From an uncultured Acidobacteriota bacterium (GTDB lineage Bacteria; Acidobacteriota; Vicinamibacteria; Vicinamibacterales; Fen-181): a stretch of DNA of 64,000 bases. Location of the stretch: positions 462,344 through 526,343 of the forward strand of contig CAVSGZ010000007.1 of assembly GCA_963727765.1 (NCBI GenBank). The letters are read 5' to 3'. This document shows positions 35,266 through 43,762 of the stretch, piece by piece. The position numbers and the translations under genes were made by a program. Positions within the stretch are counted from its first letter, which is position 1, and every line of letters begins with the position of its first letter. The notes under the pieces are model-generated. The model made no database searches, had not been told where the DNA came from, and was given only the letters and a program-made list of their open reading frames with translations.

Positions 35266-36261
35266 CTACTCGCAGACGCCGCCGGGTGTCTTGAAGATGG
35301 TGAGGATTTCGTCCTGGCGGACCTCGATGACATCGAAGCGCTCGAAGCCCCACGTCGAGCGCTGAACCACCCAGAAGAGTCGGCCGCCGACGTGGAACGA
35401 CCCGAGGATGAGAGAATACAGGAGTCCCTGGCGGCGAACATCGGAAAGCGTGGCGCTGACCTTGACGTCGGGCGGAGCGGACGGGTTGATGCGGGCGAAA
35501 CCCACCGCGTAGGTGATGAGGCCGCCCGGCGGGAGGCCGGCGCGCGCGACGTAACGCTTGACGCCCTCGAAGTACAGCACGGTGCCTCCCGGCTTCACGT
35601 CGGGAGAGGCGAACAGAACCTCGAGCGAGAAATCCGTCGCGGCCATGGCCCTGGCGGTGATGACCGACTGCAAGTTCGAGTCCTTCAGCAGGGGAGCCTC
35701 GACTGAAGCGACCGCGGCGGCAACCGCCGTCGAGACCGCAGCCCACTCCGGCGACCCGGCACCGAGCAGGCTGACCGGCTCGATCTTCACATTGCCGGCG
35801 GTGGCGAGGCCGTCCTTCGGGAACGGCTGGATTTTCGGCGGCTCGGGCGGTTCCGCCGAGCGATAGTCGGTCTCCAGCCCGATGTGCGGCTGGCACTCGA
35901 CAATCAGGTTGACCGGGTTCTTCACGTGAATCGTCCGGCTCTCGCCCCGGATGGGCCAGGCCGTCCATTCGGCGATCGGTCGCCTGTTGGCCCACCAGCC
36001 CTTGGGAGAGTCGTTGAGTGTGATCGGGATGTCCTGACGGCGGCCCGGGTCAGGCCAGCGGTTCACCCAGCCGCCGACGCCGTAGCTGACAATCGGGACG
36101 ATGACGCCGTCGCGCCGGAGGACGGCGATCGTGAAGGACGGGACGGGGGCTCCGTGGACCTGCTCGGCCAGGCCCACGGTCTCTTGAGGCCAACCGAACG
36201 AGATGCAGGACATCTCGATCAGCCCGGTGATCGCCAGCACGCACACGAGGAACTTGCGCAC
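35266..36261 (-). CDS. Hypothetical exported protein
   Basis: Coding-like ORF with an N-terminal hydrophobic segment (VRKFLVCVLAITGLIEMSC). GTG 36261 is preceded by GAGGG. No family recognised. Confidence 0.5.
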   Translation of the reverse strand: MRKFLVCVLAITGLIEMSCISFGWPQETVGLAEQVHGAPVPSFTIAVLRRDGVIVPIVSYGVGGWVNRWPDPGRRQDIPITLNDSPKGWWANRRPIAEWTAWPIRGESRTIHVKNPVNLIVECQPHIGLETDYRSAEPPEPPKIQPFPKDGLATAGNVKIEPVSLLGAGSPEWAAVSTAVAAAVASVEAPLLKDSNLQSVITARAMAATDFSLEVLFASPDVKPGGTVLYFEGVKRYVARAGLPPGGLITYAVGFARINPSAPPDVKVSATLSDVRRQGLLYSLILGSFHVGGRLFWVVQRSTWGFERFDVIEVRQDEILTIFKTPGGVCE

Positions 36262-36270
36262 ACTCGCCCT

Positions 36271-36305
36271 CGACCTCTTACTTCTTACTTCGTACTTCCT
36301 ACTTC
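36271..36305 (-). repeat. Tandem heptanucleotide array (minus strand GAAGTAN x4-5) at the M14-peptidase stop
   Basis: Plus strand reads cgacctc ttacttc ttacttc gtacttc ctacttc. Contains the 11-mer CTTCGTACTTC, also found at 47006..47016. Confidence 0.9.
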
Positions 36306-39300
36306 TCGTCGAACTTCCGTCCGGCATCGAGGTGGTCGAAGTTCAGGATGGCGTTGAACACCATCCCGTAGCTGCCCATCGTCTCGCCCCGCCAGACCGG
36401 ATTGGGCGAGAACACGACCACATGGCCCTTGTCGTGCGGGATATCGACGACCGCCGGGCGCTGCGCAATCTCCGCCCCTCCTTCAAGCAGGCCGGACACG
36501 AGCAGGTCCTTCGCGTCGCCGAACCGCAGGATGACACGGGGCCGCTGGTTCACCGGAATCACGGTGATCCCGTTGCGCAGCTGTTCGGCGGTGACCGGCG
36601 CCGCTTGCCACGGCTCGACCTTCGGCTCGACGGGCGGCTGCTCGAAGGGCCGCCCTTGCGGCACGTCGGGATCGTCCACCGTGCCCCGTCCCGTCGGGCG
36701 GTCGGCGTCGCCGCCTCCGAACCGGAAGCCGCGGCCACCGAGCGTATTGCTGACCGAGAGGATGAGCCCGCCGGAGAGATACACGGACAGATTCTCGTCG
36801 TACCCGTACGCGACAGGGCTGGCCAGGTCCACGAACTTCGAGCGCACGACGCTGCCAGGCACATTCAGGTGCTGGCTCGTCTGAATCGAGACGCCCTCGG
36901 TCAGGCCATAGCTGATGGCGAGTTCCGCCGTGTCGTCGGTTGTGACGAGGAGGCCTCCGTTGCGGACGAACGCGTCCAGGTTGGCCAGGCCCGCGTAGCC
37001 CAAGCCGGGGCGCATGTCGTCGGTTGAGTCAATCTTGCCGATGTTCGGCGTGAGCGCCGTCGTCTTCCACGGCAGCGGGTTGCCCCACATCGGCAGGCCG
37101 GCCACGATCTGCGCCGCGCCGCGGCCGACCGGCGGGAAGAGGATGACGTCGTACGTCGCGTTCAGGTTCGGCGTCGCGGCGACGATCTGGGTGCTGATGT
37201 ACCTCGTAGGGGATCTTCAGCCTGTCGAGTTCCTGCCGCCACCACCCCTCATCCTGCGTGCCCAGCCACGAGTGGACATAGCCGATGCGCGGGACCTTGA
37301 CGGCATGCGTCTTCACCGTCGGCGCCGAGGTCACCGCGTAGATGTGGAGCCCGAGCTGGTCGGCGACGTTCTGGATGTCGGCCGACCCGCACTTCGTAAT
37401 GAGAAAACTGCCGCGGGCGAACTTGTGGCCGGCGGCCTCGAATGGTTCCTCGGCGACGTCGAAGGCGGCGTCCTTCAGCCGGTAGCGAAGGGCGAAGAGC
37501 GCCGGGTCCGTGTTGGCGTTGACGAGATAGGTCGTCCCGCTGCCTTCCACCGACGCTGCCGCCTTCACCTCGCCTGTCACCAGTTCCATCGGCGCGTCGA
37601 GCACCTTGGTGTCGGTGACGCGAACGACCTTCACGTCGAACAGCTCACCGAACGTCCAGCCGGTGTCGTCGTACGGATCCTTCTGGGGGTCGCTCGGGCT
37701 CCAGGTACCTGGTAGTCGAGGAGGGCGTCGGCGATGCGGCTGTAGGGCTGGTCCATTCGGACGATGTACGAGCCGGCCGGGAACTGCTTGGTCTCGGTGG
37801 TTCTCTCCGGGACTTTCCCGTCACCCTTCGCGGCAGCGCTCGCCTGGCTCGCCGAAGCCGGCGGCGAAGAGGGCTCGCCGGCCTTCTCGTCGGCTTTCTT
37901 CTTGGCCGGCAGCGTCACGGTGAACGGCGCCGTCGCGCGCGAGATCTCGCAGCGCTGGGTCTGCAGCACGCGCAACAGGTCGGCCTGGAGGCCCGGGTGC
38001 GGGTCGTCGGCAGGCAGCACGTAAGCCGCCGGCCCTTCGGTCTTCGCCTTGAGCACAGACCGCTTGGCCTTCAGGTAGAAGTTCTTGAGGAACAGCTTGC
38101 TGTTGGCCGAGTAGTAGGAGAGCGAGGTCAGCAGGCCGGTCTCGATGTAGTTGTTGTTGTTGCGCTGCGACCACATCACCTTGGGCAGCGGCGGGTTCTG
38201 GCGGTACCAGGTCCGGGCGTACTCGCTGGGGCGCAGCGTGCGTTCGACCGTGTCCGCGCCCCCGTTGCCGAACGTCTCGTAGAGGCGGCTGGTGCCGTTG
38301 TGCATCGCCGCGATGAACATCAGGTAGCCGGGCGACCAGGTGTCGAACTGCCCGTGCGTGAAGGCGCCGGGCATCCCCAGCTTGGTCATCTCCGACATGT
38401 TGTTCCAGCCGATGAGCTGCCATTCGTCGGTCAGGATCGGGTCCACCCAGGCGTTGTAGGGCCCGTCGCCGACGGTGTTGTCGTAGAGGAACGGCACCGA
38501 CTCGTGCAGGTCGTGCAGCAGCTGGGCCTTCTGGTCCACGAAGGCGTTGATGACGTTCTTGGTCAAGGCCAGCGTGGCGCCCATCGCATCGCGGTTGTTG
38601 TCGTGCACGAGATAGTGGCCCCAGTAGACCAGCGGAGGCGTGTTCTCCTTCGGATGGGCGAGGTGCCAGTTGTAGATGTCAACCTGCCGGTCGCGGCCGT
38701 CCACCTCGATCACCGGCGTGATCAGCGTGATCACGTTCGCCCGAATCGCCTTGATGTAGGGGGCGTCGTCGACGGCGAGCCGGTAGGCGAGCTCCATCAG
38801 GGCGGTGGGCGCTCCGGTCTCCGGCGAGTGGATCGTGCCAGTGATGTAGTAGATCGGCGTCGAGGCCGCCACCAGCCGGTCGGCCTCCGCGTCGTCGAGC
38901 TTGATCGTGCGCGGGTCGGCCAGCTTGGACAGCCGCGCACGGTTCTCGTCGAGCTTGGCGATGAGCGGCGCGTCGGCCACTGCGACCGCAATCATCTCCC
39001 GGCCTTCTTCCGACTTGCCGATCGAGAAGACCTTGACGCGCGCGCTGGCCTTGGCCAGCGCGCGCATGTACTGGTACACCTGCGCGGTGTAGGGGAGCTT
39101 GCCCGGCGCGCCGGCGATGTCGCCGATCACCGATTCCGGTGTCGGAACGGTCTTGGAGGCCGGCAGGTAGTCGACAAGCGGAGACAGGAAGTACGGCTCG
39201 GTCGTGTACTGCTTGATCTTCTTCGTGTACTCCTCGTCCACGGGCTGCTTGGGGTCGGGAGCCCACTTTGACTGCTGGGCGTGCAGGAAGCCGCCGGCCG

Positions 39301-39352
39301 CGACGGCAAGCAGGCCGGCGAGCAGGAACCTGAGCGATGTCTTGCGAGTCAT
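36299..39352 (-). pseudogene. M14 family zinc carboxypeptidase-like secreted protein (~1,017 codons) interrupted by two apparent frameshifts
   Basis: Track ORFs 37631..39352, 37029..37634 and 36299..37105 are colinear parts of one protein. Signal peptide and HxxE zinc motif (GTIHSPETG). Frame breaks at about 37704..37710 (..ALLDYQ | ..WSPSDPQKDPYDDTGW) and at 37202 (..KIPYE | YISTQIVAATPNL). Confidence 0.8.
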
Positions 39353-39409
39353 GGTTGTCCTCGGAGGGGCTACGGTAACGAACGCGATACTGGTGGCGAT
39401 TCTACTCCC

Positions 39410-40429
39410 TCATCCGCCGCGGGTGTGCATCTCGAGATGCACGTCGCCCTTGAGTTCCGCGGCGGCGATGTAGATGCCGCGCTCGCGCTCGCCGGCGCGA
39501 AGTTCGGCGCCGCGCTCGGCGCGCGCGCGCCAGGCGTCCTGGATGCGCGCGGCGATCTGCGAAGGCGAGTCCCCAGCTCGAAGCGGGCCGCGCAGGTCGA
39601 GGCCGCGTGTGGCGTAGAGGCACATCAGCCACATGCCGTCCGCAGTCAGCCTGGCCCGGTCGCAAGTGGAGCAGAAGGGCGTCGTCGTCGAGGCGATGAT
39701 GCCGACCGTCGCGCCGTCGGGCAGCCGGTAGCGATCGGCCGGAGCCCAGGTGGCCGCGTCAATCGGATCCAGGCGCCCGTAGTGTGCGGCGAGACGATCG
39801 AGAATCTCCTGGCGCGGCACGACCATGCCGGCCGACCAGTGCGTGGCGCCGGCCACATCCATGTACTCGATGAACCGGACCTCGCCGTGCCGCTCCCGCG
39901 CATACTCCACGAGCGGCACCAGTTCGTCGTCGTTGACGCCGCGCATCACGACACAGTCGAACTTGAGCGAGGGGAACACCCGGGCGGCCGCGTCGATTCC
40001 CTCGAGCACGCGGGCGTGCGTGGTGAGCCTGGTCAGCGCGGTGAAGCGATCGGGGCGGAGCGTGTCGAGGCTGACGGTCACGCGCATCAGGCCGGCTTCC
40101 CGCAGCGGGTTGGCCTGCTCGGCGAGCAGGACGCCGTTGGTGGTCAGCGCAAGATCGGTGAGGCGGCGATCGGCGGCGAGCAGGCGCACCAGGTCGGGGA
40201 GGTTGCGGCGAAGCAGCGGCTCTCCGCCGGTCAGGCGGACCTTGTCCACGCCGCACGACGCGAACACGTCGACCAGACGACCGATCTCTTCGAAGCTGAG
40301 CAGATCCTCCCGGGGCAGCCAGGCGTACTCCGCCTCGGGCATGCAGTACTGGCAGCGCAAGTTGCAGCGATCGGTGACCGAGACACGGAGACTGCGCAGC
40401 GGGCGTCCCAGCAGATCGACGAGCGGCAT
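39410..40429 (-). CDS. moaA: GTP 3',8-cyclase (molybdenum cofactor biosynthesis protein A)
   Basis: MPLVDLLGRPLRSLRVSVTDRCNLRCQYCMP radical-SAM start, C-terminal CSTCDRARLTADG cluster motif. ATG 40429 chosen. Confidence 0.9.
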   Translation of the reverse strand: MPLVDLLGRPLRSLRVSVTDRCNLRCQYCMPEAEYAWLPREDLLSFEEIGRLVDVFASCGVDKVRLTGGEPLLRRNLPDLVRLLAADRRLTDLALTTNGVLLAEQANPLREAGLMRVTVSLDTLRPDRFTALTRLTTHARVLEGIDAAARVFPSLKFDCVVMRGVNDDELVPLVEYARERHGEVRFIEYMDVAGATHWSAGMVVPRQEILDRLAAHYGRLDPIDAATWAPADRYRLPDGATVGIIASTTTPFCSTCDRARLTADGMWLMCLYATRGLDLRGPLRAGDSPSQIAARIQDAWRARAERGAELRAGERERGIYIAAAELKGDVHLEMHTRGG

Positions 40430-40460
40430 CACCACGATCTTAGCAGATGGTACGCGGCGG

Positions 40461-40545
40461 CTTTCGGCTCTCGGCATTTGGCTCTTGGCGGTGTCACGCG
40501 TATCACGCCGAGAGTCCATAGCCTGAAGGCCAGAGCCTGAATTGG
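40461..40545 (-). repeat. Heptanucleotide-periodic tract in the moaA leader (minus strand GCCAAGA GCCAAAT GCCGAGA GCCGAAA; TCAGGCT CTGGCCT TCAGGCT ATGGACT)
   Basis: Read directly. Two blocks of four 7-nt units at 40461..40488 and 40511..40538. Confidence 0.8.
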
Positions 40546-40576
40546 CTGGTCGGCAGGGCGAGGCTCTAGCCTTGCC

Positions 40577-41635
40577 TCAGGACCAACGCCCGGGCACTGC
40601 CAACCCGCAGGTCGGACAGCAGCCCTGCGGCGTCAGGCCGTAACGGCGCAGGAGGAACCCCGACCGTTCGATGAGCCGTTCACCGCAAGCGGGGCAGTGC
40701 GTATTCTCGAGGTCGTCGCCGACCCGTCCGAGGTTGCCGACATAGACAAACTGCAGGCCGGCCTCGCGCCCGATCGCCGCCGCGTGATGGAGCGCCGCGC
40801 GGCTCGTGTGGGAGGCCGTGTCCATCCGGTAGTCCGCATGGAAGGCGGTGACGTGCCAGGGGATCGACCGGGAAACGTCCGCGATGAACCCGGTGAGGCG
40901 GCGCAGCTCATCCTCCGAGTCGTTGAAGCCCGGCACGAGCAGCGTGACGACCTCCACCCAGACGCCGTCGCGGTGCAGCGCGGCAATCGTGTCGAGGACG
41001 GGCTGGAGCCGCCCGCCCAGCTGACGGTAACGGCGATCGTCGAACCCCTTCAAGTCGACCTTGAACAGGTCGATCCACGGGCGCAGGTAGTCGAGCACTT
41101 CCGGTGTGGCGTTGCCGTTGGACACGAACCCGGTCGCCAGGCCACGGGCCCGCGCCTGCTTGAAGATCTCGACGGCCCATTCGGCGGTGATGAGCGGCTC
41201 GTTATAGGTGCTGACCACGGCGCGCGCGCCCCATCCGACCGCGGCGCGTGCCAGCCCCTCGGGTGTCGCCGGTTCGGAGCGCAGCATCGCCTCGGGGTCG
41301 CGCAGCGCCTGCGAGGTCACCCAGTTCTGGCAATAGCTGCAGTGGAGGTCGCAGCCGAGCATGCCGAAGCTATAGGCGAGAGCGCCCGGATAGGCGTGGT
41401 AGAAGGGCTTCTTCTCGATCGGGTCGCACTGCGCGCCGGCCACGTAGCCCCAGGGGACCATCAGGCGCCCGCCCCGGTTGAAGCGCACCTTGCACACGCC
41501 CCGCGAGCCGGCGGGGATAGGGCAGCGGTGGGCGCAGGCGAGGCACCGCGTCCACGTGTCATTGTAGCGTTCGTACAGCTCGCCTTCACGAGTCTGCTCG
41601 GCCAGCGCGTCGGCGAGCGGCAGCATCTCGGCCAT
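40577..41635 (-). CDS. AmmeMemoRadiSam system radical SAM enzyme
   Basis: CLACAHRCPIPAGSRGVCKVR zinc-ribbon-like N-terminus, CDLHCSYCQNW CX3CX2C motif, PFL-activase-like fold. ATG 41635 preferred. Confidence 0.85.
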   Translation of the reverse strand: MAEMLPLADALAEQTREGELYERYNDTWTRCLACAHRCPIPAGSRGVCKVRFNRGGRLMVPWGYVAGAQCDPIEKKPFYHAYPGALAYSFGMLGCDLHCSYCQNWVTSQALRDPEAMLRSEPATPEGLARAAVGWGARAVVSTYNEPLITAEWAVEIFKQARARGLATGFVSNGNATPEVLDYLRPWIDLFKVDLKGFDDRRYRQLGGRLQPVLDTIAALHRDGVWVEVVTLLVPGFNDSEDELRRLTGFIADVSRSIPWHVTAFHADYRMDTASHTSRAALHHAAAIGREAGLQFVYVGNLGRVGDDLENTHCPACGERLIERSGFLLRRYGLTPQGCCPTCGLAVPGRWS

Positions 41636-41729
41636 AAGCCCTGGAGCCGTTATAGCGCCGCGCGGCCGCGGATGCAATGACGGCGGAGAAAGAGGGCCCA
41701 AGGCTCAGGGCTCAGGGGGCGCGCAATGA

Positions 41730-41759
41730 GATAGCGCAGGGCTTAAGCCCTGCGCTATC
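41730..41759. repeat. Perfect 30-bp palindrome GATAGCGCAGGGCTT|AAGCCCTGCGCTATC (REP-like)
   Basis: Lies in the divergent intergenic region between the radical-SAM gene and the acyltransferase gene. Related copy at 7205..7229. Confidence 0.9.
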
Positions 41760-41770
41760 CTTGTCGCGTC

Positions 41771-42916
41771 ATGGCCACCTCTGCCGCTCCCGCCCCGCGC
41801 CTTGCCGGCCGCCTGGTGTCGCTCGACGTCTTCCGCGGCCTCACGATGGCCGCGATGGTGATCGTCAACGACCCGGGCGACTGGGACCACGCCTACTGGC
41901 CGCTGCTCCATGCGGAATGGAACGGCTGGACGCCGACGGACCTGATCTTCCCGTTCTTCCTGTTCATGGTCGGCGTGTCGATGACGCTGTCGAAATCGAC
42001 CATGGGCTCGGGCTGGAAGTCAGTGCGCCGCGGTCTCACCATCATGGTGCTCGGCGCCCTGCTGGCAGGCTTCCCACGCTTCCCGCTGGCCACCTGGCGG
42101 ATCCCAGGTGTGCTGGTGCGCATCGGCCTGTGCTACCTCGCGGCGGTGGGCATCTTCAGGCTGACGGCGCCGGGATCGGAGAGAAACGACTGGCGCCACG
42201 GATGGCGGATCCTGGCATGGATCGTCGGACTGACCGTGGGGTACTGGCTCGCCATGGTCTTCGTCCCGTATCCAGGCCACAACCCGGGCGATCTCACCCC
42301 GGCGGGCAACCTCGGCGCTTTTATCGACCGCGCAGTGATCGGTCAGAGCCACCTGTGGCAGCGGCGGCCGTGGGATCCCGAGGGGCTGCTGAGCACGGTG
42401 CCGGCCATTGCCTCGACGTTGATGGGGGTCCTGGCCGGCTTCTGGCTGCGCGCGAAGGTTTCCGACGGGCGGCGGACGTTGACGCTGGCGGCGGCCGGCG
42501 TGGCAGCGATGGCTGTCGGCCTCGTCTGGGACCTCGCGTTCCCGATCAACAAGAACCTCTGGACCAGTTCGTATGTCTGGTTCACCGGCGGCGCGGCGGC
42601 CTTCGGCCTCGCCTTGTGCTACTGGGTCGTCGACGTCAGGCAGTGGCGATGGTGGACGAAGCCGTTCGTGGTGCTCGGCGTCAATGCCATCGCCCTGTTC
42701 ATGCTGGAGGGAGGCATCGCCAAGGTCCTCCTGCTCGTGAAACTGGTCGGCCCCAACGGCAAACCGGTGTCGCTCTACACGTCCATCTACCGGCAGGTCT
42801 TCCAGCCCCTGGCGTCGCCCTACAACTCGTCGCTGCTCTTCGCTCTGGCCTATCTGCTCGCGCTGTACCTGATACTCTGGGTGATGTATCGGCGCCGGAT
42901 CTTCCTGAAGGTGTAG
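41771..42916 (+). CDS. Heparan-alpha-glucosaminide N-acetyltransferase-like membrane acyltransferase (DUF1624/DUF5009 type)
   Basis: RLVSLDVFRGLTMAAMVIVNDPG..HAEWNGWTPTDLIFPFFLFMVGVS and about 10 TM helices. Confidence 0.8.
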   Translation: MATSAAPAPRLAGRLVSLDVFRGLTMAAMVIVNDPGDWDHAYWPLLHAEWNGWTPTDLIFPFFLFMVGVSMTLSKSTMGSGWKSVRRGLTIMVLGALLAGFPRFPLATWRIPGVLVRIGLCYLAAVGIFRLTAPGSERNDWRHGWRILAWIVGLTVGYWLAMVFVPYPGHNPGDLTPAGNLGAFIDRAVIGQSHLWQRRPWDPEGLLSTVPAIASTLMGVLAGFWLRAKVSDGRRTLTLAAAGVAAMAVGLVWDLAFPINKNLWTSSYVWFTGGAAAFGLALCYWVVDVRQWRWWTKPFVVLGVNAIALFMLEGGIAKVLLLVKLVGPNGKPVSLYTSIYRQVFQPLASPYNSSLLFALAYLLALYLILWVMYRRRIFLKV

Positions 42917-43020
42917 CCACGGCCGGGCCCGTGTTTGCCGCTTGATGTCGGCAGCCGGCGCCCGTATTCTGGAGGGCACCCGGAGCGGCGGGCGGCCGCC
43001 TGGCGGGGCGAGGGGCATTG

Positions 43021-43756
43021 ATGAACGAACGGGTGGCGTTCGGTCTCGAGCTGCGGCGCATCAGGGAGCGGCGGGGGCTGTCGCTCGAGCAGATGTGCGG
43101 GCAGACCAAGGTGAGCGTGGCGCACTACGCCGCGCTCGAGTCGGGCGATTTGTCCCGCTGGCCCTCGGGGATCTTCCGCCGCGCGTTCGTCCGCAGCTAT
43201 GCGACCGCAGTCGGGCTCAACCCTGAAGAGGTCCTGGCCGAGTTCGGTCGGATTTTTCCGGATCCGGCCGACGGGCCGCGAGCCGCTGCACGCATCGAGG
43301 CGGCCCTTCGGGAGCAGGAGGCGCTGGCCGCCGAGCGGGAAGCCGGCGAGTCCGAGGAGGACCTGCCGGTGTTCCGGCTCGCGCTCGAATCCGCCGAGGC
43401 CCGAGCACGGACTTGGCTGGTTCAAGATCGCGGGACCGCGTCTGGCGGCGGCGCTCGTCGATGTCTTTCTGGCGCTGATGCCGGCGGCCGCTGCCGGCGC
43501 GATGCTCGGGCGCGCATGGTTTCTCCCGACGGCGGCAGCCGTCGGCTTCCTCGGGCACATCGTCTATTACTCGGTCAGGGGTGCGACGCCTGGAAGCTGG
43601 GTGGTCGCGAAGCTGCCGAAGCAGCTCTCTCAGAAGCTGTCGAGGGTCGCGATTCGCCGCCGACAGCCGGCCGATGAGGGCGCGGCGCCACGTCGTCGTT
43701 TCGCCCGCCATTCGACCAGCCACTCCGCCTCGCACGCCCACCGCGTGCAGCACTGA
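43021..43756 (+). pseudogene. HTH (XRE/RodZ-like) N-domain plus RDD-family membrane domain, split by an apparent frameshift near 43400
   Basis: Frame 1 gives MNERVAFGLELRRIRERRGLSLEQMCGQTKVS..PVFRLALESAEAR. Frame 2 continues with LGWFKIAGPRLAAALVDVFLAL..GHIVYYSVRGATPGSWV (RDD-like) and has no start codon of its own nearby. Confidence 0.6.
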
Positions 43757-43762
43757 GACGGC

